Shown here: one piece after another, positions 13,440-25,323 of the stretch
Layout of the letters: each line of letters starts with the position of its first letter
How positions within the stretch are numbered: position 1 is the first letter of the stretch
DNA from: Geosiphon pyriformis uo1
Taxonomy: Eukaryota; Fungi; Glomeromycota
Length of the DNA stretch: 64,000 nt
Direction: 5' to 3'
Assembly (NCBI GenBank): GCA_016748015.1
Contig: JAAOMT010000003.1
Coordinates: forward strand, 748,373 to 812,372
Notes under the pieces: generated by a model
Told to the model about the DNA's origin: nothing
Database searches by the model: none
Seen by the model: only the letters and a program-made list of their open reading frames with translations
Translations under genes and position numbers: made by a program

Positions 13440-15032
13440 TTTTTTTATTAGCATTTAATGAGTGAAGTTCAACCACTATCTAATACATAGAACCAAACTA
13501 AGTGGCTCAAACTAAACGCAACTTACACAATGACTACATACGACTAGTCACTCAGGCCAGACTAGGCAACACTACACACCTACATAAACATGGGGGCAAT
13601 CATTTAGACCTGAAAAAAAAAAGCAAGGCTTGCAATGGCCAAAACTAACAGCAAAAAACTCAGCAATGCCAAGCATCCTCACCATACTATCTGAAAGCAC
13701 AGAACACATCCTACGTGACAAATTTGAAACCAAACAATTATCACCAACCAAGCCAGCCTTCTCCATGTTCACTCTGAATTTAGATCTAACCAACCAGACC
13801 CTGGATCGATGTAGCTCAACCAAGAACTTTACAAACTTAACCACCACTCCAGAGGCTTTTCCAGCATCCTCAAAAACACCTGCTGCCTCAACAACCCAAC
13901 TCTTCATCACAAAACCCTTACACAAAACTGAATACCTGCCAACATCCAAGTGACAAGAATCAAGAACTTTAAGAACAGAAGAGGAAAATGGATCACAATC
14001 GCCAACCAGAGATGCCCAGCACACAGAAACCTCCAGCAAAATTTCCATCCAGGTGTGAACATTCTGCGAACAAGTAAAAACATGGTCTGGCAGTTCCATC
14101 TTCTCACACAACAAACACTGAACACCTGGGTAACATTTATTATATAACTTTTTTCTAACAGCCACTGGCAACCTTTTGTGTACAGTCTTCATCAAATATG
14201 TTTGAAGATCAGCCGATTTCCAGCTAGTAAATCCAGCAAGCATGTGTGAGTCAGGATGCCAGACCTTTGCCGAAGCAGCCCAATCAAAATCCCCCAGCAT
14301 GTCAATTGAGACCACATCCCAGCCTGGACTAGCCTTTCAACAAGCATGACAAACAGATTTGAACACATCCCTAACAAAGTAATGGGTGTTGCCCGAAATC
14401 ACAGTGTCCTCAGCCATCAAACAATGCTCTCATACCCTTATTGGCAAAACGTAGAAAGAACCAGCAGCTTTACCTGCAGACTTATCAGCTCTTACATTGC
14501 CAAGAACACTGGCATGACTTTTGACTTTGACCCAATTCACACTGAGATTCTTATCTCTAATCAAGTTAAAAATATGCCTCCTTTCGATCCAGCAGCAATT
14601 ACAAAAGTCCAGAACAAAAAACAATAACTCAGAGACACAAGCATCAATTGCAGCTTGGCTGTCGAGATATAAAACCACAGAACAAGATGATGGAACACAC
14701 TCTAAAGCCAGAGCAACAGCCTGTAACTCAGCCATAGTAGAAGATAAAAAGCCAAAAATCCTGACACCAACACTCAAATCTAAAGCCAGAAAGTATGCAA
14801 CAGCACCACTCAACACATTAGCAGAACCAGCACCCCTCAAGGACCCATTCATATACACCTCAAAATAGCCAGACCAAATCTCATGTAAACCATCCCGTAC
14901 AGAAGAAAACACATCAGAGCCCATAATACTCAAACCACCAGAATGGACAGCACCAGTAAAGCCCAGAAAAGAAAAACCCTGATCCAGAAAAAATTTAGAA
15001 GCGACCACAAACCAATAGGGCACAGGACCCCG
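13440..15032 (-). mobile_element. 5'-truncated LINE (RNase H + C-terminal Zn finger + 3'UTR)
   Basis: ORF 14430-15023 (VYMNGS, AELQAV, LDSQ, KVKSHA..GNVRAD) and ORF 13572-14315 (CLLC..DHVFTC). 12-bp TSD GTTTTTTTTTAT at 13428-13439 and 15033-15044. Confidence 0.92.
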
Positions 15033-15923
15033 GTTTTTTTTTATAAGATAAAATATTGTAATATTTTATTTTTAATAAGTTTTTTTTTACTAATTATATT
15101 GCTGTTTCTATAGAAATTATTTTAAGAAATTTACTTAATTTTTAGTTTAATTTGGTATATAAACAAACTAATAAAAACAAATAAAAGTATAGAGTTAATA
15201 ATATTAGTAAAAAGATATAAAATAAATTTAATAACTTTATTTTAAATTTTACTTTTTAATTAGTAAATGTTTTTAAAAAATAAAAAACTGTTGATAATAT
15301 TAATAATATATAAATTTTGTTTATGTAAATAGTATATTTTATTGTAAATATTGTGCTTTTAAAAACATGATTTAAATTTAAGAAAATTATTAAAAATACT
15401 GTTTTTTTTAAGTTTTATTATATAAAATTATTTGTTCTTAAAATTTTAAAAATATTCAAGTTGAATAATACAAACAAATTTATAATTATATTAAAGAAAT
15501 AAATCAAATTAAATTATGATAAAATTGCTAAGTTTTATGTTTTTTTCAAAAGTAATTTTGGTATTGTCAATATTAAATATATATTATTTTAATTAAAAAA
15601 AAATACAAAATTTCTAAAATGTCTGAAGTTAAATCTGTAAAGAATAATTACATTAAAAATATAATTATAAAATAGATAAAAAATTTTATTAATGATAAAA
15701 AATAAATAATTAATAATATTTTAGAAAGATTCTTTAAAAAAATAACTTTAAATTATTTAATAAATAATAAAAGATTGATTCTTAATTTAAAGTTGATTAA
15801 ATATAAGATAAATTTAATTATAAAAAATTAAACAAAAAAATATATGATTAAAAAGACAATCTTTTAAGTCTAAAATTATTAATATAAACTATTTATTTAT
15901 ATTTAAGATAATATATTTATTAA

Positions 15924-17501
15924 GTTCTTGAATGATTTAAGCTTTCTGTTGCATTTCTCAATGGTAAAGATTTTCCTTTCACTCATTTCTCAATTTCAGA
16001 TGGGGTTGGTTCTTTGAACATTCTTGAATCTAGTGATTTTGTTTCTGTTTGTGATCATTTCTTACAAGTTGGTGCCGACAGTTTGTCAGTATATACAGAT
16101 TGGTCCCTTAGTAATCTGAGAACAGTTGGTTGTAGAACTGGTGCTGCTGTATTTTTTGAGGACATTGATTTGGGTTTGAGCATTGGTGTGTCGAGTTTGA
16201 TGTTATCTACTTTGGTGGAATTACAGACTATTGCATTGGCTTTGAAGTGTGTCCCCTTACTAAGCTCTGTTAAATTGTTTTCAGATAGTCAATCTGCTCT
16301 GGATGCCTGTAAGTCTGAATTAAGTCTGGCATGTCTTGACTTTTATAATCAGTATTGGGTCGAATGTCGTCATATTGTCAATGTTATTTACAGTAAAAAT
16401 TTAAAAGTCAGCTGACATAAAGTTAAAGACCACTCTGGCATTTCAGGAAATAAGTGCACTAATGTAATTGCTGGTAATGCTTCTCTCTCTGATTGGTATC
16501 TCTCTTATTACTTAAGTAAATGCTTCATAGTGGCTGATAGTAGTATGGTTTCTGGCAATTCCAGATATTTTGTACGTGATATTTATTGTTTGGTTTGTCA
16601 TGTGTGCTAGAAGATTGGTTCTGGTTCAGAGTTTTTGGCAGGTGGTTTGCTTTCTGAGATTGACTGGTTCTATTCATTTTTGGTTTGGCATCTCGACTTG
16701 CACATGGCCACTGATTTTACCAGCAGACCTTCAGCTAATGTCCACTCTTATTTCATAAAGGCTTTGCATCACCAGCTGCCAGTTGCTGTTTAGAAGCACC
16801 TTTATAATAGACTATATCCAAGTGTGTTGTGTTTATATTGTGGCGATGTGAAGGCATCAGATTATGAGTTCTCTTACAAGATTGATGACTCTGTTTGACA
16901 TCAGTTGTTGGAATCCTATATGGACTTCTGGAAGGCAATTTTTGGTTTTTCTTATTCTTTTTTAGGCATACTACAAATATTGTCTTCATGTGTTTCTGAC
17001 TCCTCTTTGGCCATGGCTTTTCATAAAGGTTTTGTTTTTAATGATTGGTTTTATAAGATGGTCACCATTTTTCATGATTCCAAGATTGCTGGTTTGAAGA
17101 TTGTTAAATTTATGTACTTTCTTAGTCTTGATTTTAGAAGTAATGTCTGGTTAGTTCATGTTAAACATTGTGCTTATATAGAAAAAAATGGGTTGATTTT
17201 CCTTGATAGTTTGGTTTTTATCTTAGTTTCTGGTTTGGCCTCTGGGTTGTCAGCTGGGGTGATCAAATTGCTTGGCATTGCTAATGCTTTTAGTGTTTGT
17301 TTTGGTTTTTGCAAATCTTGTTTGTTTTTTCAGGTGTAAATAACTCAGTTTCAGTTCACATAGCTGCATAGTGTTGTTCTGATCAGCCTGAATGACTGGT
17401 CATGTGTAGAAAGTGCATGATTCACACCTAGTTTAGATCATTTCTTTGATGTATAGCACTAGGTAGTGTTTGGACCTCATTCGTAAAGCAATAAAAAAAA
17501 A
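15924..17501 (+). mobile_element. 5'-truncated LINE (RNase H + C-terminus + 3'UTR + poly(A))
   Basis: ORF 16014-16415 is RNase H (VYTD, ELQTI, FSDSQ); 3'UTR about 17370-17490. TSD ATTTATTAA at 15915-15923 and 17502-17510. Confidence 0.9.
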
Positions 17502-18679
17502 ATTTATTAATATTATAAAAAGAATTAATTTAAAAAATTTGATTAAATTATTAAGTGTTTTCTAAATAACAAAACTATAAATTTATCTAAAATATTTAAT
17601 AAATTATAAAAATATTGTAATATTTTTATGTAGAATATATTTTTTATATTAATTAATAAGTATTTAATTGTAAAAATAATTTTAAATACATAGAAGAAAT
17701 ATGAATTTCAATAATTTTGGAGTTTTATAAATAAAAAAATGTTCTAATAAATATCTAATTTATTGTTTTTTTCAAAACTTCAAAAAAAATTTTGTTAAAA
17801 ATACTGACAAATTATATTTTTAATATGTATAACAAGTTTAATATTTTAAAAGAAAACTATTTTTTGGTTTTAAAAGATATTTTAATTTATTTTTCTGTTT
17901 TTAATATAAACTTACTAATTGAAAATACTTTAAAAAAGCACAAAAAAATTTGGCTGGTGCTTTAAAACATATATAAAGCTTATAATTTAGTAAGTTGATT
18001 GTATTTGTTTAATAGTTTAACATAAATTAAAATATATATAAAATTTATTAGGTTTTTTAAACATATTTATAATAATTATATCAATAAAATTATAACAAAT
18101 TTTGGCTTTTTTAATGAATACAAAGTTTATAATAGTTTAAATTAAAATAAAGTTTTTTCTTTTTTTATAAGTCACTTTTTTGTAAAGTCAAAACTTATAA
18201 ATTTTTTTTAATTATAAAATTAACTTTAAGTTTATAACTAAAACTGACAAAATAAAATCTATTATAAATTTAACATTATTTTTAATGGCTTATATATTTA
18301 TTGATGATATAATTTGAATTAAGCATAATTATTTAACAATATAAAACATTTTGAATATAAAGTAATAAGTTTTTTAAAATTAATAATATGAGAATAAATT
18401 CAAATAAAATTATAACTATACTAATTTATATAAGAATTATAATATTTAGTTTAATTGTAAATGACTTTTTTATTTTAATTGTCAATTTAAATATGTTATA
18501 TAGATAAAAAAAAAAAACTTCTTTCTCTCTTACTTCCAAATAATCCTGAAATAGTGCACTTTCTAAAGAAGTTTTTTTGTTTTTTATCTGTTCTTATCTT
18601 TTAATTTTGCTGTTTCCCTTTTTCCTTTTTCTTTTTAGTTTTTTTTGTTATTTTTTTCAATACCTCTTTGTTTGTTGCT

Positions 18680-20638
18680 ATAGAACCAGCAAGCTCTTCT
18701 GCTGGTGGTTCTGGGTTTAGTTTGACTGGGTTGGAGATCCAGTCTGGCGTTAAAAGCAAGAAGTGTGTTGAAAGTGCCCACTCTTGTGGTGCGTCGTACA
18801 AGAAGCCAAGAAAACCTGAAGCTGCTGGGAGAATGATGGATTCATCGGCTGGTCCTTTCTTTATAGGCATTTTGGGTGCTGACGGGGTGGAATGCAAGAA
18901 GTCCTGGAGCAGTGACATAGAAAGCGACAGTAATAGTGTCAGCAAGATCTCAGATATGGAAAACTTAAAAAACACAGTTGCAGAGGAAACAAGTTACATG
19001 GATTCGAATGCCTCAGACACTGATGATATGGCAAACAATACCACTCTAAGGATGACAAGGACTGTGATTTATGTATTGGGCCAACTGCCAAAACCTCCTG
19101 CTTTTGACAAAATAAGTAATGATAAGGATGTCTTGGCACTTCCATCCCCGAAATTCTCTGGTTCCAAGTGCTTGCCAGCAGTTGAGTCAGGTGTCATAGA
19201 AAAAAGGAATTTTGAATCAGTTAAATCATTCATCTTGGATATTGAGATTTCAGCAGTATCTAGAAAGACAAATGTTGACAAATTAATGGCTGTGAAAAAA
19301 ATCTTTTATTGAATTGATGGATTTGGGGGAGCTTCGACTCCCTCAAAATATCCAGGAATAATAAGATCATCATTTATATCTGAGAAAAGTTTGATTAAGG
19401 CAAGGGAAATGGCAATCAGTGAAAATATTTTGGTAAATAATGATCTAAGAAAAGTAAATAGCCGTTCAGATTGGGAAGTGATTGTCAAGGAAATCCTAGT
19501 GGATCTTCCCAAATCGGCGATTGAGACAGTGTTCTCCAAGTTTGACAAGATTATTTCAATCAAAGTGCAGCTTATTGGTCTTTGGCAAAAGGCCCTAGTG
19601 AAATATGAATTATCTGAAATAGCTGATTTGGTCGCAGCTAGATGGTCTGTGCTCATGGGAAAGGATTCTGTTCGCATGGCAAAGGCCAGTATTGATAAAC
19701 AAATGTGAGTATCTAGGAATCAGCATTAGGCGTTGCTTTACACTATTCCAGTTAGCACCACCACCCATGATTTGTCTGAATTGGTGGAGGCTTATGGCGG
19801 AAAAACTTGTTTTATTGGCTGCAATCCAACTTCTTATGTTTGTGACTGGTGTGCTGTGATTTGTTTTGAAAGTGAGACATCCAAGCTGACTGCTGTTTGT
19901 TCGGTTCTGGTCTTCAAGGGTGTAGGTTTGTGTTGGGCTGGTTTCTCTTTGATCTGTTGTGCAGTGTGTAAACAATTCAGTCATGTTTCTGATGTTTGTT
20001 CTATGGATGGGAATTCTGGTGCTTGCAGTAAGTGAGTGGTAACTTCTTAGGATCGGGTTTGTCTGGCTAACATATATAAAAGAAAGCAGGCTCCTATCGC
20101 TCACCCAGTTTCCTTTGGTGGCAAGACATGGGCCCAAGTTGCTAGTGGCCTTCTCTTTCATGTGGTTTCTTTGGATTCTTCTGGTGTTGGTGCAAATTTT
20201 GGTGCGGAATCTGCCTTGGTGAAATTCTTTTCTTCTGATATCTTTGGTTTGTGCGATTGGGTGGCGTCTTTGGAACGCTCTTTGGAGCTTTTAACAGACT
20301 GAGTTTCTGCCATTGCGAAAAAACTGAGCTGTGTTGAAGTGGTATCTTCGGTGTCTTTTTCTCTCGCCTTTCATTCTATTGCATCTGCTTCTCAGGCTTC
20401 ATGCGTAGATTTGGATATGGCACTGGATGTTTCATTGGCAACATCCCCTTCTCTTTGCCCAACCATTGATGATGCTAATCCTGATTTTGGTTCCAGTAGT
20501 TCGAAGGTTCTAACTGCCAAGGTTGGTGGTTTGGAGTCAAAGTTGATGGCTTTGGATGCATCAGTCGGCTCGGTTTTGGCAAAATTAGATATGTTGTGTT
20601 CTGGTTTGGGTTCTTTGGTTCTCTCGTCTTCTCAATGA
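18680..20638 (+). pseudogene. LINE ORF1 (2 RRM-like + CCHC + coiled coil); start mutated to ATA, several stops
   Basis: ORF fragments 18668, 19391, 19733 and 20339 are all in one frame and homologous to the intact ORF1 at 49949-51904. Confidence 0.9.
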
Positions 20639-23600
20639 CCAGTTTGATTTGGAAGGTTGCTACATGTAATATTTGGGGCATGAACATTTCTGCAAAACAG
20701 GAAGATATAGTTCATTGGCACAAGGACAAGGGCAATTTGGTTTCTATTTTTACTGAAACGAAATTGAAGGATAAGGTTCGTCTCTGGATCATCAACAAGT
20801 TTGATGGTGTTTGGGTGTTTACCTCTGGTTTGGATTCTGGATATCTGGGTGCTGGTATGATGGTTGTCATGGACTCTTTTTTGGCAAGGCATGTATGCAA
20901 GATTTCTGAAGTGTCTGGCCGGCTTCTGTCTGTTCGATTACTTTTCAAGAATAAGCTCTTAGTGTCAATTCTGGGGCTCTATGCTGGTGCTTCTTTAGTG
21001 GTACGGCTTTCTCAGGCTGATGAGATTAACTCTTTTATTGCGAGAGTTGTTAATGAATCTTTTTTTGTCGTTCTCAGGGGTGATTTTAATGAAGACAGTT
21101 CTCATAAAAGTGCAAGTTTCAAAAGATGCTTTGATTTGGGTCTGGTCAATTCTTTAGCCGGCAGCCCAGCTGTGAAAATGCCCACTTGGGAAAATTCTAG
21201 AGGTGTTAAAAAAACAATTGATTATGTGTTTGTCTCTTCAAGTCTTGTCAATGCAATAGTGCATTGTGAAGTTTTGAATGTCAGTGGGCATTTTGACACA
21301 GACCATCAAGCTGTTTCAGTGGATTTGGGTTTGGGTGGGCTCTTGGATATGCGTTTGAATTCTCTTTACATGCAAGCAAATAGAGATCGTTGGAAGTTTG
21401 ATGTCAAAAGTGCCAATAAAGCTAAGTGGTTGGAGTTCAAGATTGCTTCAGCTGCTAATGTTTCTATGTTCTCGGATGCTTTTGGTGTGGCAGTGAGATT
21501 TTCAGATATGGATGTTATGTGAGATATTGTTTGCAAGATTATGGTTTTTTTGGCAGATAGTACATTTAAGAAAAAGTGGTTCAAAGGTTTTGATGGCGTG
21601 TTTACCAAGACTTCTTCTAGGTTTCACAAGCTGAAACTGCTGGTTTCTAAGTTGGTCAAGGCTTTGCGTTTGGCTTCTAGTGATAGTTTTGCTTCTTTGT
21701 TGGAGGTATAGCATGGACTCGACTTCCCTGGTGCATCAGTGGTTAAGTCTCTGTTTCTTTTGGGTTCTAATTTTGATCTTATTTGTTTTGTGCTGGCCAA
21801 AGCAAGGAAATCGTACTGTTCTTTCAAATTATTGGAATCCAAGTGCACTGAAAAATTCTCAATCAAGCAGGCTATTGATAAGAAGATGGAGAGTTTTGAG
21901 CTAAACAAGGGTCATACCATTAGAAATGTTTTGGAGCATTCTTTTCGCAAGGTGGTTCTAGATCATCTGGTTGTAGAAGATGAGTTGATTTTGGAGCCTA
22001 ATTTGGTTAAGTCTAAGGTGGACAAAATTATGGAGAAATGGACCAGAAAATATGAGGTGGTGTCTAACTTATCTGAGGATTGGACTCACCAATATTGGCC
22101 TCTGGATTACGTGTTCGATGGTGCTTTCTCTGATGTCATGTGTTCAATTGGTTTTGATGAGTTGTCAGCTGTTGTTAAGGATCTTTCTGATGGAAAAGCG
22201 GCTGGTCTTTCTGGTATCTCCAACGAATTATGGAAACATTGTGACAAATTTGTTTTGGATATGCTTTTAGTATTCTTGAATTTTTGTTTGGTTGGCGAGT
22301 TAGTTCCTGGGCCTTGGAAGAAAGCTTGGGTTTCGATGATTCCTAAACCATATAAATGGGAAGGAGTTCTCACGAACACCCATCCTATAGCTTTAATTGA
22401 GATGGCCCACAAGATTCTTTCCAAGATCCTTTCAGATAGAATCTCTTTGGCTTGTAGCACTTTTAATGTTCTTCGTGGGGACAATTTTTTGGTTTTGAAA
22501 AGCACAATGACGCAATCTCCCATTTTTGCTATCAGTTCTGTGGTTAAGGATGCCTTGGAAAAGAACCGTGAACTTTGGCTGGTTTTACAGGACATGCGCA
22601 AAGCTTATAACTTGGTTGGTTGAGAACATCTCAGGAGGAGTCTGGTCAGGATCAAAATGTGTGACAGGTTTATTAGATTTTTTGGCAGTATTCACAATGG
22701 TCGCGTCAACAGGGTGATGACTGATTTTGACTTGACTGATGAGTATTGTGTCCACGATGGGCTGGATCAGGGAGAAGTTTTTTCGCCTCTTCTCTGACGT
22801 ATTTTTTATGATTCACTTTTGTGCGAAGTCAAGAGACAAGAGAGTGTATGTGGCTACAGATTGAATTCTCATTTTATTTCCAAAACAGGCCAAGTAGATC
22901 CTTGAGCTGAATTGACTTTGTTTCTTGCTGCTGGTGCTTTCGTCGATGATACTGTTTGAGTTGGTAGCAGCCAGGCTGCTACACAACACATTTTTGATGT
23001 TGCTAGTGAATTTTTCAGGTTCAATAACATTTCTGTGAATAACAACAAGACGGTGGCCATCCCTATCAACTGTTAGGTGACAAATCCTTGTTTAATTATC
23101 AGTAGCATGCCTATTTCTATTGCCAAGAAAGGAGAATCTCATCATTATTTGGGTGTTTTTTTGTTTTCTGAGGGTCTTTCAAAGCCTAACTTGGTTAAAG
23201 CTTAGGCTGATGTACGGTTTTTTGTGAATCTTGTTTTAAGAAAGACGATTTCAAACAAACAGTATGCATATTTGGTGTCTGCAGTTCTTTTCCCTATTAT
23301 CAGCTATAGAACTCAGTTCAGTTTCATTTCTATTGGTGTTTGTAGTAAATGGGATGCTTTGGTATGCAAGATTTTAAAGTCCAAGTCTGGATTGCCACGT
23401 GATTTCCCCAGTGATGCACTTTATCACCCCTCTTTATACAATTTAAAAACTTTCAAACAGATCCAGGCTAAGAGTAAATCGGCCTCTGTTATTGCTTTTG
23501 CAAATTCTACTGGTGTCTTGGGTCACTTGTTTTCACATAGGTCTCATGATCTCCAGGTTCTCAGCTGGTGTTCTTGTCATTCCTTGCTGTTTTTGGCTCG

Positions 23601-25323
23601 TGTTGGTATAAGTCCCTCGAATAATTTTTTGGCAGGTGTGGTCTGCATCTTTTCTGGATGTGATTTGTCTTTGGGAGGCCCTCTGGCTTGTGCTTTTTGT
23701 CGTCAGTGCAGTACTTCTATGTCTTTGGTTCTTAGTGAATCCTGTTTTTTCAAGTGTATTTCTTCGCTCAGGCGTTATGGAATTGCTTTCGTAGAACAGC
23801 TTTATGACCGTAATGGTAATGTTTTCAGTTGGAGGACCTTCAAGTGTTGGAAGAGGCTAGACCCTTGCGGCTTAGTCCCTTTCTGGTTTGATCTTTCCAT
23901 TCACTTTCTTGGTGGTGTTGTGCCTCTCTTCTCAAGTTTTTCTTTGGTGGATGGTCATGCTGTGTCTGATATTTGTCTTTCTTATGATTTTGGTGTGGTT
24001 CATGACACTTTGCCGACTGTTGATGCTGTTTGTCTTTCTGTGTATACGGATGGTTCTCTTTCTGGTTTGGGCACTGTTGACGTGAAAGCAAGTGCTGCCG
24101 TTTTTTTTGAGGACATTAACTTGGATTTGGGTGTTGGAGTGTCTGGTTTGGTTTTTTCTACTCTAACAGAGCTGCAAGCCATAGCTTTGGCCCTTGAATG
24201 TGTTTCTTTTTCTTATTCAATTGACTTGTTCTCAAATAGCCAAGCTGCTTTAGATGCATGTAGGTCGGAGTTTTTGCTGGTTTGTCCAGATTTTAGGAAC
24301 TGCTGTTGGATCGAGTGTTGTCACATTGCTACCGTCATTTGTCAAAAAAATTTGGATGCGAATTGGGTTAAGATGAAAGGTCATTCAGGTGTCTTGGGCA
24401 ATGAGCATGCTGATGCGCTTGTCAAAGATGCTGCTTTCTCTACTTGGCACCTACCTTATTTAGTCAGTAAACGTTTTCTATGTGCTAGTAGTACAGCAGT
24501 TTTTGGTAATTTTAGACATTTTGTTCATGATGTTTTCCAGTCAGTTCATCAAGCTCGTTGGGAGGTTGGAGTGGGTTTTCATGTTGTGGATAATAGTTTG
24601 CATGCTGATATCAATTGGTCTAAGTCTTCTATGGTGTGGCACACTGATTCTCATTTGGCATCCAGTTTTATCAGCATGTGCATGGCAGGCAGTCATACTT
24701 ACTTTATGAAGGCTCTTCATCATCAGCTTTCTGTTGCTATGCACAAGTGTTTATATAATAGGAGATACCCCAGTGTGGTCTGTTTGTTCTGTGGTAACAT
24801 TGAGACCTCGGATCATGTCTTTTCGTGTCTTTAGGATGCTGTTGGCCGTGCTCATTTGTTGGGTGCTCATGCTTCAGCTTGGGAGGCTCTTTCTGGTCTA
24901 TCTCGCTCTTTTTCATGTGTCTTATAGGCTTTGGCTTCTTGTGTTTCTGAAGTTGGAGTTGGTGTTGCTCTGTGTAAGGGCTTTGTTTTTGATGATTGGT
25001 TTCATGAGTCTGTCTCAGTTTTTAAAGATTCTAAGAAGGGTATTAAAAAGATTGTGGCCTTTGTGTGTAAGTTCTGTCTAGCATTTCGGGATGATATTTG
25101 GTTGGTCTGCACCAGACACCGGGCATTTATGGAAAAGCATGGTTTGATTCTGCATGACGGCTCCACTCCTGCTTCAGTTTCTGGTTTGCCTATGGTGTTT
25201 TCAGCTAGTGTGATTAGATTGCTGGGGGTGGCTGAGGCTTTTGGAGTTGGTTTCGGGTTTCATAAGTTTTATCCATTTTTTTCAGGTATTGGAGATTTGG
25301 TTTCTGTACATATAGGTGTATAG
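20635..25323 (+). pseudogene. LINE ORF2: APE endonuclease, RT, RNase H, Zn finger (about 1560 codons, nonsense-disrupted)
   Basis: Motifs TCNIWG, TETK, GDFN, IDYVFV, TDH; RT LQDMRKAY, QGEVFSP, FVDD; RNase H YTDGS, ELQAI, KGHSG..GNEHAD; CLFC..DHVFSC. All fragments are in one frame. Confidence 0.93.
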
